Part shown: positions 1 to 12,000 of the stretch, in pieces
Position numbering within the stretch: the first letter of the stretch is position 1
Layout: every line of letters begins with the position of its first letter
Origin: Macrostomum lignano
Taxonomy: Eukaryota
Assembly (NCBI GenBank): GCA_002269645.1
Contig: NIVC01000953.1
Span: 155,302-219,301 of the forward strand
Reading direction: 5' to 3'
Length of the DNA stretch: 64,000 nt
The notes under the pieces: model-generated
What the model saw: the letters and a program-made list of their open reading frames with translations, nothing else
Told to the model about the DNA's origin: nothing
Database searches by the model: none
Program-made: the position numbers and the translations under genes

Positions 1-2964
1 ACCAATAAGAATTTCTAGCTTAAGTAACAGTGCATTTATTAAGTGTATCAATACATTAATTTAATTCTTATGAAAGTGCGACTACATGTTTTTGCAATTG
101 ATAGAAAAAAATAGAAACATTTTATAAATTGCATTTGTGCAGTAGCGCTATATCATAGGATTTAGCAAAAAATGTTTAAATTGAGTCAAACCTTAATATC
201 CAATCTATTATCACTTAGGATTTTGTCCATGACTCCATTGTGGTCTCGTTGCACTCCATTGCAGTCCTGTTCACCTATGTTGATAGAGAAACCTTCTTAA
301 GGCCAATTGGTGCATGCACAAAGGAAGCCTAATTGGTAGTAAAGAACATGCATGAATATTTTTGTGCATTTTCTCAAAAGCCTAACAAGGCAATACTTTT
401 TATACATTTTGATTTTGATTTTGATTCACTTACAAGGCCCCATTTGTTCTCAACTCCTCTCTATGACTCTCCTCTGTTCTTTTTGATTTTATGTGGCCTA
501 GGCCTTCTGTTTGGTTGGTATTGAGCCTAGGCCTATACTGAAACAAGTAAGAATTTTTTGTATTGTATTCTTCTTTCTTAGGCCCCCTCATTAGACTTCT
601 AGATTAAAGCCTAGTTTCTACACTAGGGCCTAAGCCTACTTAGGCCTAATTTTTTATGACTTGGACCTAGCACCTAGGGCAGGGGTCTAGGCGTAGCCTA
701 TCAATTAAGTAGGGGTAGGCCTTATACTATGATATAGTTTAATTATAGTTTAGGTCTATATTAAATAGTTTAAGCCTAGCTTTTAGCTATATAGTAGAAA
801 TTTTATGGTATATGACCAAGACTGCCACACACCAAGACTGCCACACGTAGGAGCTAGGAGAGGAATTTGGCTCAATATGTTATTTAATAGTGCTAAAGAG
901 AAAATGAGTGGATAGGGAGAGCTAGCAAAACAAGCCTGAAAGAGAAGAACCTATGACTAGGCCTAATAAGAGGAATAGCAACGATAAAAGATTGGTAGCT
1001 CCTCCTTGCTTAAACTAGTAGCCAGTAATAGCTGTGGCAGTCTTAGTCATGTGTCTAGAAATTTAAGCCTAGGCCTACTTATAAATTTGGTAAGCCTATC
1101 TAGGCTAGGCCTTAGCTAATAGTTTTTAGGCTATTGACCTATTGTATCTATAATACAATGTACAACATAATAGGATTAGGCCTAGCCCATTATTATTAGC
1201 TAGTTTGATAAAATGAGGTCAAAGACTACCAACCATAGACTATGATTGCCACATTTAATTAATTTGTCAAGCTAAGAAAATAAGAATTTTGCATTTTTTA
1301 TTATTGGATTTAATTGTTCTTTATCTAAGTCTATATTAGGCCTAAATTGATTAGGCTTAAGCCTTACCTACATTAATAAATAGCAAGGGAGATTTAAAAG
1401 GTGCAAATAATTTAGATTACAAGCTATAATATAGGGGGCAGCCTTTATTATAGCCTTTCCCTTAGTGGTGTATAACTAAAATGACCATATCTCTAAATGT
1501 CTAAATAGATAGACCCTAATAATGAGCCTAGGTTTATATATTTTACTCTTTCTATTGCTATTTATAGTAATTTGTATTATTAGGTGTGATGTATATCTTC
1601 ATATCTTAGGAAGATACCCTATATACAATAATGGAATCATATTATATAAACATTCCCTTTGGCTTTAGCTTTTACTATAGCCTAACTTATAGATATTTAT
1701 CTACCAAATAAAATAAGTAACCTAGTACCAAATGAAACCTTGTTTTATATTTATCCCAATTTTTGCATAGCATTACCACTAATGCCAATGGTTTATATTG
1801 ATAAATTTATAGTAATATATTTGATAGATATATAATCATATACTCATAGAGCCTAATGTAGGGAATAAACTAGCATTACAAAGTCTAAAAGATTCAAGTT
1901 TTTATATTATGCAATTTATGGGTAATTAGTTTAAAATCTATTATTGTATCAATATTTATAATATTAGGAATAGTAAATGATTGTTAAGAATAATAATTGA
2001 TATAATAATAATTAAGTTGCTAATTAATAATAGAGAAAGAGAAGATATAATAAAGATTCAATTTTGTTAATAAAGAATCCTTCAGTAAAGGTTGGATGGG
2101 ATTGAAATCTTTGGGTAGGATTGGGATTGGAATCTAAATCAGGTCTTTTAGTATATTATAGTTTGTAGGTCCATATAAAGTTAAACAAAATTGAGCACAA
2201 ATGTCAAGATCAAAAAGTAAAATACAACAAAATCAATGCATGTTTAGATGTGTTTAGAATTTGGAAAATGTCAATCTATAAATTAGGAAAGTGGCATGAA
2301 GATGTTATTAGAATTACGTCAATAATTATAAAATAACATTGAAAAAGTGCAAAATCAACAAACTGATCAAGACAGTACCTGCTGATACTGCCACATAATA
2401 ATATACACCTAGAAACAAAAAAACTAAAATTCTCATTACTAACTTTTGATATGTTTGCATAAAACAGACTTTTATCACTTAAAAAGTATTGCTAAATTAT
2501 TATCTTGCTCATTAAGGCCCTTCAACTAAACCCTTTATACAGATTTTCAATTTTCTTTTGCCATGGTCACACTACTGTATTAAACATAATAACTAGCTAG
2601 TCAGATTGAAAAAGAAAAAAAAATTGCCTTCTTATCTGTGTGCATGAACCAAGCCACAATGAACTTTTCAAATTCTGCAGTGCATTGCACAGAGATGATA
2701 GAGAAGCAGTGCATTGAGATAAAACAAAGTCAAGCAGCAGAAGCAGTTCGATGTGCACAACTATGATCTCTCATAGAATCAATCAAAAGCACTAGTAGGG
2801 TACTGTGTAAATCAAAGCACTCACATACCTCAACTAACAAAAAAATCCTCACCTAAAATTTATAAAAAGATAACAAATTAGATTATGTAAAATTATGAAT
2901 GCTGAAAGGCTTTTAGAATAATCAGAACAATAAGTGATATGTAAAAAAGAGCTTTAAACAACAA

Positions 2965-3474
2965 CTAATCCTCTTCTGTCACTCCTAGAACATTGTCCAG
3001 AATGAACTGAAGAGCAGTTGCAAGCTTTTCTTCTGGCAATACAAACAGGAGATGTGACTGTCTCAAAGCATGATCCCTGCATAGAGTATAAATTTTTTGA
3101 TAATTGAAATTTTCCTAAATTGTAACTTAGTTATCTTAAGTCATTAACTTATAACATTCTATTTGCAAACAACGTGAGGTAGACTGTGTGAATGTACCTT
3201 TGATAGGCACTTCTCACACACTTGGAGTAGGTTACACTTTTCGTAGCAAAAATTATCCTTAACATCATGGCATACTGAATAGACACCATTGCTGATAAAG
3301 AAGGAAGCAAAGCCATCAGCTAGTCAATCAACAAGGCAACTCCATTCTTCCTCCTCCATTTCATGTTGAATGTCATATAGACTTCGAGCATGGTATAAAA
3401 TATCTACCTCGACACTTTTCACAATCTCTTGCCCAGAAAGGTCATTGACTAAATTAGCTTTAGAGAAAGCATAT
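2965..3474 (-). pseudogene. Degraded exon pair of an unknown Cys-rich protein
   Basis: Exon-like segment 3474..3198 has ttttag acceptor and AAG|gtacat donor. It reads YAFSKANLVNDLSGQEIV...WSCLVD*LADG...CYEKCNLLQVCEKCLSK with one in-frame TGA (3324-3326). A second acceptor (atgcag|) opens at 3076. Identity not established. Confidence 0.35.
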
Positions 3475-5773
3475 CTAAAAAATATAAAAATGTGCTTAAA
3501 TTTATAACCTAATAAAGATAAACAACTAAAAAAAGTATTTGACCTTTAGGTCAATTTAAAATGCATTGTTGAGCCTATTTAGGCTGTCCAAGCATACATA
3601 ATAAACATTGTGCATGTTTACAGAAGCCTTATTGGTGGCTATTGTGCATGTACAATTGAGTCTAAGAGTTGTCAACAGGGCTGTTCCATTGCAGTACATT
3701 TACACAGACTGTTACTGAAGTGGCTGTTACCAAAATGGCTGTTACTGAAGTGGATGTATTCAATTATATTCAATAATATTGCTTTAAAAGGGAGACTATA
3801 TTAAATTTATGCATTCTTCATTTTCACCTGATGCCACACATGTTTTAGAATCAGATAATTACATTAAAATGTTTGATGTGACACTTTAAATTACATTAGA
3901 AGTATAGCCATAATTTGGACCATTTTTACCAGAAAATATACTCAGCCATCCTAAATGAATTATCTACATATAAAATTAACTATATATTAACTATATTAAG
4001 TAAATTAACTAATATTCATATAAAGTTTTGTTTGTATCTAAAACTTGTAAAATCTAAAATCCAAAATATGTTGTTGGATTGTCTTTTGCCAATTTGACTT
4101 AATTGTTGCAAGATTGTCTGTTGCTAGATTGTCTTGTTGCTGGATTGACTAGAAGCTGGGAGCCTCCTATTGTGGAAGGAGTTTCTAATAATAGTAAATT
4201 ATGATAACTGTTTTTCAAATATTTACCTTTTTAAATCTCTCTTTTTATCATCCCAATGGCCAATATTTTCATTCTTTAGTTTATCTTTATTTTTTTCTCA
4301 TTTTGACTGCTCTGCACTGTTTTATTTTTTGCACCTTTTTATAGTGCTCCAATTAAATGTAAAGGATTTTTATTCCTGGCAAACATCAATCTTGAACAAT
4401 AAATAGTTGCATAAGAGCCTATCTAAAGGCTCAGTCTTAGCTGAGCTATGAAGTGCAGGGCTTGGCCTATTATTTTCTAAGCCCCTACTTATCAAGAAAA
4501 AGAATAATTTTATAACTTGCCCCTTTCTTTCGATGCACAAGCGCAAAGAACTGAGAATTTCAACAAAGTTCAATTTCAACACAAGTAACTTCTATTTACT
4601 AACAAGAAAGTGCTTGTGCATCAAAAGAAAGGGGCAAAGGCTGAAAATTGTCTATGGCAATCATCAACCAATGAAAAGGCACGGGGGGGAACCGGATGCA
4701 AAAGAGTCAAAAACGAAAATAGCCAGAGCCAGAATAGCAATCCATTCTATTCATTCATCCATGGTCCAAATCCTAAGACAATTTTTTTGCAAGTGTTGTA
4801 AAATGAACATAATTATGCCCACAACAAGTTTATTATATTGCACTAATTTCCATTAATTGCCTCATGTCACATGGTATCTTTTTAAACCCGGCATCAAAGA
4901 TTTATATGTAAATTTATTCCAATTTAAATTTTGATATTTGATTTGCTTTTTTTACTACTAATTAGTATTTTTATACTACTTACCTAAATATGCCACAAGA
5001 TAATGCTTGCTTCTATTTGCTCTATAGAGCAAATAGATCATAATCTCTATAACAATCAAAATTGAAGCCAAAAATGTTTACTGCATAGGCCTATCTAGGT
5101 AAAAAATCTGTAGGTTTTGAAAGTTTATATATTGGCTTATATAAAAGCAAAGTCCTTAACTAAAGATCGCAAAATCCTAGTTTTTTATAAACCCAGGATC
5201 CCGTGACTTAATCCCAGAATTTGACCAATCCCGGGATTAGAAAAATACTGATTTTTAAGCTTTTGGGTTGAAATTTAAAGGCAAAATTAATTTAAATTAC
5301 AGCAACTTATTTTGCATGCATTCTTAAATCTAAAATCATGCTTAAATAGAAACTTGTTGTTGTTAATAGACTAGCTAGTTAGGATAGAAGTAATCAAAAA
5401 TATTAGAGTCTCAAAATTAAAGTTATCTTTTAAGTCGCTAATAGAAATTTTCCTAATTGAAATCTACTAATAAGAAATTTGCTAGCCAAAATCTGCTAGC
5501 AGGCACTACATTGAATAGACAGACATGTTATAAATATTTCGCTGTTTCATCTATGAAATTTTGTTGCTCTTTGTATTGCCATGCAATGTGTGTCTGCTAG
5601 AGACCCTTTGGTTGTGCTTTACTGAGACACTGCATCATTAAAACAGACTAACTTTTTAAACAAGGGCCATTTCAAGCTAATAAATTGAAATAAATATTGT
5701 AAAAATGTATACAATGCTTTCATTGTGAACTTGCAGCTTAAATAATCTCTTAGCTTCCAATATTCAAATAAAA

Positions 5774-7631
5774 ATGAACTCGGAGTCTTCATCAGGCAGT
5801 GGTAGGGGCCGTCAGTTTGGCGGCTTTGGCCGAGGTCGCCCAGTTACTAAGCAATCTAATTTGTCCAATAACAGCAGTACTAATTGGCAGTCACAGCAGA
5901 GACATAGGAGACAACCAGCTCAGCACACTAATCAGCAACGCTGGGACTCAGATTCTTCCGCTACCGCCACCTCCGAGTCTGCCGAATCTGTTGAGTCTGA
6001 ACAGAAGGTTGAACTAGGCGAAACCTTTCAACAGTACAGGGAACTGCTGACAGATGTCTATACTATGGCTGGGAGCGGGTAAGGCAGCGTTGAGTAGTTA
6101 ACTTTCACATTCTTTCTGGTGTGAGGTCACTCTGATATTCTTAGTCTCAGTGTGAGGTCACTCCATTCTCCCCAGTGCCCAGTGTGATTTCACTCCGACA
6201 GTCTCCCCAGTGTCCAGTGTGAGGTCACTCCCAACAGTCTACCCAGTGTCCAGTGTGAGGTCACTCCAACAGTCTACCCAGTGTCCAGTGTGAGGTCACT
6301 CCAACAGTCTCCCCAGTGCCCAGTGTGAGGTCACTCCATTCTCCCCAGTGCCCAGTGTGAGGTCACTCCGACAGTCTCCCTAGTGCCCAGTGTGAGTTCA
6401 CTCCAACATTCTCCCCAGTGTCCAGTGTGAGGTCACTCCCAACAGTCTACCCAGTGTCCAGTGTGAGGTCACTCCGACAGTCTCCCAGTGCCCAGTGTGA
6501 GGTCACTCCAACAGTCTCCCCAGTGCCCAGTGTGAGGTCACTCCAACAGTCTCCCCAGTGTCCAGTGTGAGGTCACCCCAACAATCTCCCCAGTGCCCAG
6601 TGTGAGGTCACTCCAACATTCTCCCCAGTGTCCAGTGTGAGGTCACTCCCAACAGTCTACCCAGTGTCCAGTGTGAGGTCACTCCGACAGTCTCCCCAGT
6701 GCCCAGTGTGAGGTCACTCCAACAGTCTACCCAGTGCCCAGTGTGAGGTCACTCCAAAAGTCTTCTCAGTGCCCAGTGTGAGGTCACTCCAACAGTCTAC
6801 CCAGTGCCCAGTGTGAGGTCACTCCAAAAGTCTTCTCAGTGCCCAGTGTGAGGTCACTCCGTAATCCATAGGCCTGAGAACCCCTAGCCTAAGAACCCCT
6901 AGCCTGAGAACCCCTAGCCTGAGAACCCCTAGCCTGAGAACCCCTAGCCTGAGAACCCCTAGCCCATACCCCTCATCCGCAGCTCAGACGCCAGCCAGAC
7001 GTCACAGCGGCTGCTCCAGCTGCACCCCGCACTGTTGGACAGCCAGCTGGAGGAGCTGGCAAAGCTGGTGGTGAAGGCGACTGAGGAGGGCCATTCTCAC
7101 CTGAGCCTGCTGGGCCAGGTGGACCCCTCCAGAGCAGGCGTGGCGCTGCTGCAGGCCTACGGCTCGCCATTCCAGCACCGGTTCGACAGCCTGCTGCTGA
7201 GCCGTCTTCAGGCCTTGCAGAGCCGGGCTGAGCGCAGCCGGTCGCAAAACTTTGTGACCGGCTTTGACGAGAAATTCGTGGCATTCCTGGGCGAACTGGC
7301 CAGCTTAGCGCCTTTGCCGGCGTTCCGGTGCAAGTCCGCCGTGTACTTTCTCACTGCTATCGAAGCTTTTCTCAACGTCCAGCTGGCATCGGTCGATCGG
7401 TGGCGCAGGGCCATCACGCCGCTGCACGAGTGCTCAGAGATGCTGTTTAATCCGGAGCTGAGAGATGCTAATTCGGATATTGATCAGCGATTGGCAGCCA
7501 TTGGCAAACTGTTAGCTTTGGCCGAGACTGACCGGTTTATGGCCGGAGTTGGCTGCACTTTTGTCCGGCCTATGCTAGCCGAACTGTTGGAGAAGCTTAG
7601 GACTGAAGGACTGCTGGCAAGGCGGCAATAG
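5774..7631 (+). CDS. MIF4G/HEAT-repeat protein (PAIP1/CTIF/MIF4GD-like), 2 exons: join(5774..6078,6983..7631), about 317 aa
   Basis: Phase-2 GG|gtaagg donor and ccgcag|C acceptor join in frame. RG/S/Q-rich N-terminus. FDSLLLSRLQ...FVAFLGEL and VRPMLAELLEKLR resemble PAIP1 MIF4G helices (recalled similarity, not searched). Confidence 0.7.
6105..6860. repeat. 35-bp minisatellite (GGTCACTCCAACAGTCTCCCCAGTGCCCAGTGTGA), about 21 copies, intronic
   Basis: Directly visible period 35 (e.g. 6361, 6396, 6431). Confidence 0.95.
6872..6963. repeat. 15-bp tandem repeat (CCTGAGAACCCCTAG) x6 just before the acceptor
   Basis: Directly visible. Confidence 0.9.
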
Positions 7632-8277
7632 ATTTGACTCAAAATTTAAGATTATAATCTTGAAGGGATAAGTGACTCAAAATTGAAGTATTTTTAAAGG
7701 ATTAGTTACTCATAATTGGACTTCTTTTGAAGGGATAAGTGATTCAAAATTTGAGATTAATCTTGAAGGGATAAGTGACTCAAAATTGGAGTAATCTTGA
7801 AGCATTAGTGACTCAAAATTTGAATAATCCTAAAATGTGAAAGCATTGGTAACCCAAAATCTATTAAAGTTGAAGTTAGCGATGATGTTAAAACACTCAA
7901 CCGTTATGGAACTGCTAGTCTATCGATATTACTGTAATTATGATTAATAACGGCAGTTGTTTTTGTATTTTGTCTTTTATTCTGCATCTAATTTAATACG
8001 TATCTATCATGTTGCTTCTTGAATGACTTTTGCTTTTTGTTTGTTTTTTTTTCTTCTTTTGCAAATTTGCAAACTATTTACTCTGATATCGAATACACAG
8101 TAAAATGCAAAATTATTAGACTGAAAATCGAAATAAATATTTAATAGGTCTTACTTACATGCGGGTCTACTGTAAGTAATGCAATTGTAATCTAAATGCC
8201 TAAATATAATATTAACTTCATAGACAGACTGTATTTAGTGTTATTTATTATGCTCGTGAGAATCGACTTAAGCAGTC

Positions 8278-8840
8278 CATCTGGTGCATGAGAATCGGCC
8301 TCATCAGCAACCAATCTGGTGCATGAGAATCGGCCTCATCAGCAACCAATCTGGTGCATGAGAATCGGCCTTAGCAACCCATCTGGTGCATGAGAATCGG
8401 CCTTAGCAACCCATATTGTGCATGAGAATCGGCCTTAGCAACCCATCTGGTTGCTGAGAATCGGCCTTAGCAACCCATCTGGTGCATGAGAATCGGCCTT
8501 AGCAACCCATCTGGTTGCTGAGAATCGGCCTTAGCAACCCATCTGGTGCATGAGAATCGGCCTTAGCAACCCATCTGGTGCATGAGAATCGGCCTTAGCA
8601 ACCCATCTGGTGCATGAGAATCGGCCTTAGCAACCCATCTGGTGCATGAGAATCGGCCTTAGCAACCCATCTGGTGCATGAGAATCGGCCTCATCAGCAT
8701 CCCATCTGGTGCATGAGAATCGGCCTTAGCAACCCATCTGGTGCATGAGAATCGGCCTCATCAGCATCCCATCTAGTGCATGAGAATCGGCCTCAGCAAC
8801 CCATCTGGTGCATGAGAATCGGCCTCATCAGCAACCCATC
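8278..8840. repeat. 32/35-bp minisatellite (CATGAGAATCGGCCTTAGCAACCCATCTGGTG)
   Basis: Directly visible, about 17 copies. Confidence 0.95.
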
Positions 8841-9000
8841 TGCTGTATCGAAAGCGCGCGCTTGTTTCAACGCATCACTAAGAGGCGTTCGACTCCTGCA
8901 GCAATCTTCGCCGGAGTTTATCGAAGCAGCATGTCGCCACTATCTGATCTCTGATTAAGGATTAAGGAGTCCTTGAGTGTCGAGGTCTCGGCCGCTGATT
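8835..9000 (-). mobile_element. Degenerate Ty3/Gypsy gag-like fragment
   Basis: Minus strand reads TLKDSLI/RDQIVATCCFDKLRRRLLQESN/LSDALKQARAFDTA after removing a 7-bp duplication and one frameshift. This matches the common gag motif LIRDQIV..G...LR.RLL.E..LTL..A...ARA. Confidence 0.55.
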
Positions 9001-9639
9001 TGAGCCAGATTGCTCATGGGGTGGCAGTGAGATGAATTGAGCCATGAGTGGCGACACGCCACTGCAAAGTCTGAAGATAGCGGTTTAAGCTGAGCGAGAG
9101 AAACAAGCGAGGCCCAAACTGGCCAAGTTAGCGATTATATATTTGAGGTTCTACTCGTAAAAGTGCACAATACGATGTACATGAATCATGCAACCCAAGA
9201 TGTACATTTATGTTAGAATATAGCTCACTCACACAGAATAACAATATTGCGAGGTAATTACAGACCGTTAGACGATATTCGGATGCAGTGGGAAGCCACA
9301 TGCCGTGACAACCCTCAAGAGAAGCTGAGATCTGCTGCGCGCCATTAAGCAAACAAAAATATTTTCAATTTTGTAATGGTTTTATTATTAATTGTACCCT
9401 TTTGTCTATGGTTTTCGGCAGTGATCCTCTTGGCAGCGATTCAATTGTTTGCCGGCTGTGGTATATTATAGTTAGCCTAGGCGTGTTGAAACGGAGAGAA
9501 ACTCACGGCATCCCACCGCTGCAATAATCTGGCCGACTTTAATAAGTAAAAAAACTCGTATGCAAATAAGTATGTAGTTAATGTTTCTACAACTTGTACA
9601 TTTTAAAAGTAAAGCTTGGTGCTGTTTAATAATGCTTAG

Positions 9640-9950
9640 TATTGGTTTTGTCAGCCTAACTGAGAATAAAGCTATCCAAAGTGAGAATCCTGCCTACGCT
9701 GACTGCGAAGGGCCTGGCTGCGTGCAGCCTTAGTCTATGGGCCATAGACAATAAAGGACAAGCAAAGTGATAAAAAGCCATCCAATGTGAGAATCGATTG
9801 GTCTATGCGTCGTATTCTTTTATTTTGCTTGTCCTTTATAGTCTATGGCCCATAGACTAAGGCTGCACGCAGCCAGGCCCTTCGCAGTCAGCGTAGGCAG
9901 GATTCTCACTTTGGATGGCTTTATTCTCAGTTAGGCTGACAAAACCAATA
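9640..9950. mobile_element. Fold-back MITE with about 125-bp inverted arms, bounded by TA
   Basis: 9640-9765 is the reverse complement of 9825-9950 (TATTGGTTTTGTCAGCC...GGCTGACAAAACCAATA), almost perfectly. Confidence 0.75.
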
Positions 9951-10289
9951 TCAGTTACTATTTTTTCAATTCGCAAAACCAGGAGTTTTGGTCATAGACA
10001 ATTTTTTTTAGATTTCATTATTTCTTTCTATGTCTGGTGTGCTGGTGTCCCTTGACCCCGCTTTCTTCTGACTTTGCCATAGACATTTCCAGCGGGCCGT
10101 GAAACCGACTGAATGCATTGGAGTAAATGGGATTTTACCATAGACTGTCTCAGCGGGCCGTGGCGTTATAGCTCGTTTCTGCCCTCTGCAGTTCATCAAT
10201 ATTGGTATATTGCTGCCGGAAAATTAACAGAACGGAAAATTAATTAAAAAGGAGTAGTATTTATTTTTCTGTCACAGATACGTTCGACA

Positions 10290-10650
10290 AGAACTCCGTT
10301 TCAACACTTGAATGATTCTCCGGTAATGATGTTCACCTGGCGATTGACGGACTTTCCAGTTACAGTGCAGGTGCCGTTGAATTGCCGCGACGAAAAAAGA
10401 TAAAAGACTTCGGCGCGTATAGTGTGCTCCATCCTGCTTTCGAAGAGACGAATAGAAAAGCCTCAGATTATCGTTCAGGAATCGACCCGGCACGCGCTTT
10501 AGACTCCTGGCGAGCCCCTTCTCGTTGAGTAACTGACGGAACCTTGCCTCGTAAAGTTTTCGTTGAGTCTCGGTCGATTTCGGCGCAGATTTCATTCTCA
10601 ATCCGCCGGTGCAGCATTTGTAGATCTTCGCTATAATCAGCTCAGGCAGC
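10290..10650 (-). mobile_element. Crypton-like tyrosine recombinase (DUF3504/KCTD1-ZMYM type) N-terminal remnant
   Basis: PKSTETQRKLYEARF...LNDNLRLFYSSLRKQDGAHYTRRSLLSF..AAIQRHL, then after a shift VNIITGESFK. These match Crypton motifs (FY...RK.DG..Y...SL....A.IQR.L). Frameshifted and truncated. Confidence 0.65.
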
Positions 10651-11294
10651 ATGCACTTCGGTACTAAACAACGCATCCAAATTGTTAATCTCCAGAAAAG
10701 CGACTGCTCGACTCTCGGTTGATAAAAGCCAACTCGTCCGTGGAGAGTCCACATTTTCTCCGCCAGGGTTTTGTAGCAAAACGGACAAACATGTAGCTCC
10801 TTATTCCTATTGGTAATTTAATTGAAATCTGAAAAACCATTAGAGAATTATAATAACAATAAATTTCATGCAAAAGGGTACAATAACGACATAGACAGAC
10901 TCATTCACGGCAGCAATTGCTTTACTAAGCTGAAGCCGCAAAAAAGTCTGTATATATCGATACATTCTGTCTTGGCCTTGAAATTTGGAAGAAGCGTTTT
11001 TGAGTTTGAATTGAACTCAAAATTGTTCAAAATGGAAGATCAATTGGTGCACTAAATCCAGCAAGAGGAACTCGAAAACTAAAAGTTTTCACTGTTAAAA
11101 ACAAATGATGCTTTAGTAAAATCCAGTAGAACTGAGTTTGTGTAATTTTGGCGACGGAGACAGCAACAGACTGGCTCGCAGCTGAAGGTACAACAAAGGT
11201 CAAACAAATTACTCACTTGTTTAAAATGAAAATATCTGGACCCCACATACAGAAGACCCAAAAGAGCGGAGCGCTGCATTAGCCTCAAGTAAAT

Positions 11295-11779
11295 TACAGA
11301 GATTTATCTGCACGCTGTGACAGTACATTACAGAGATTTATCATGCTGTGACAGTACATTAAAGAAGTTTATCATGCTGTTACAGTACATTACAGAGATT
11401 TATCATGCTGTGACAGTACATTACAGAAGTTTATCATGCTGTTACAGTACATTACAGAAGTTTATCATGCTGTTACAGTACATTACAGAGATTTATCATG
11501 CTGTGACAGTACATTACAGAAGTTTATCATGCTGTTACAGTACATTACAGAAATTTATCATGCTGTTACAGTACATTACAGAGATTTATCATGCTGTGAC
11601 AGTACATTACAGAAGTTTATCATGCTGTTACAGTACATTACAGAAGTTTATCATGCTGTTACAGTACATTACAGAAGTTTATCATGCTGTTACAGTACAT
11701 TACAGAAATTTATCATGCCGTGACAGTAAATTACAGAATTTTATCATGCCATGACAGTACATTACAGAAATTTATCATG
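11295..11779. repeat. 31-bp minisatellite (GT[G/T]ACAGTACATTACAGAAGTTTATCATGCT)
   Basis: Directly visible, about 15 copies. Confidence 0.95.
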
Positions 11780-12000
11780 TTAAGCTTGAAGAATTGCTAG
11801 AAACAGTCAACAGAGGGCACCAATTGCTCACAGGCTGAGCAGCAAAGAAGCGATGCTTCTGCAATTCTCTATCAATATACGCTGCTGAAATAAAATCAAG
11901 GATGAGCTTCAACATTGAGCTCAGCCGGCCATTTGCAATGAATTGAAACTGAAGCCAGTGGCCGATCCAAACCGCTATGCAGAGAGCTGCCGATTCGAAC

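Noticed and set aside
3324-3326. Selenocysteine TGA
   Set aside because: No selenoprotein motif or SECIS recognisable; CGA>TGA decay fits the local context better.
11030-11260. Possible MADF/Harbinger accessory remnant
   Set aside because: Resemblance is too weak and has several stops; not supportable without an HMM search.
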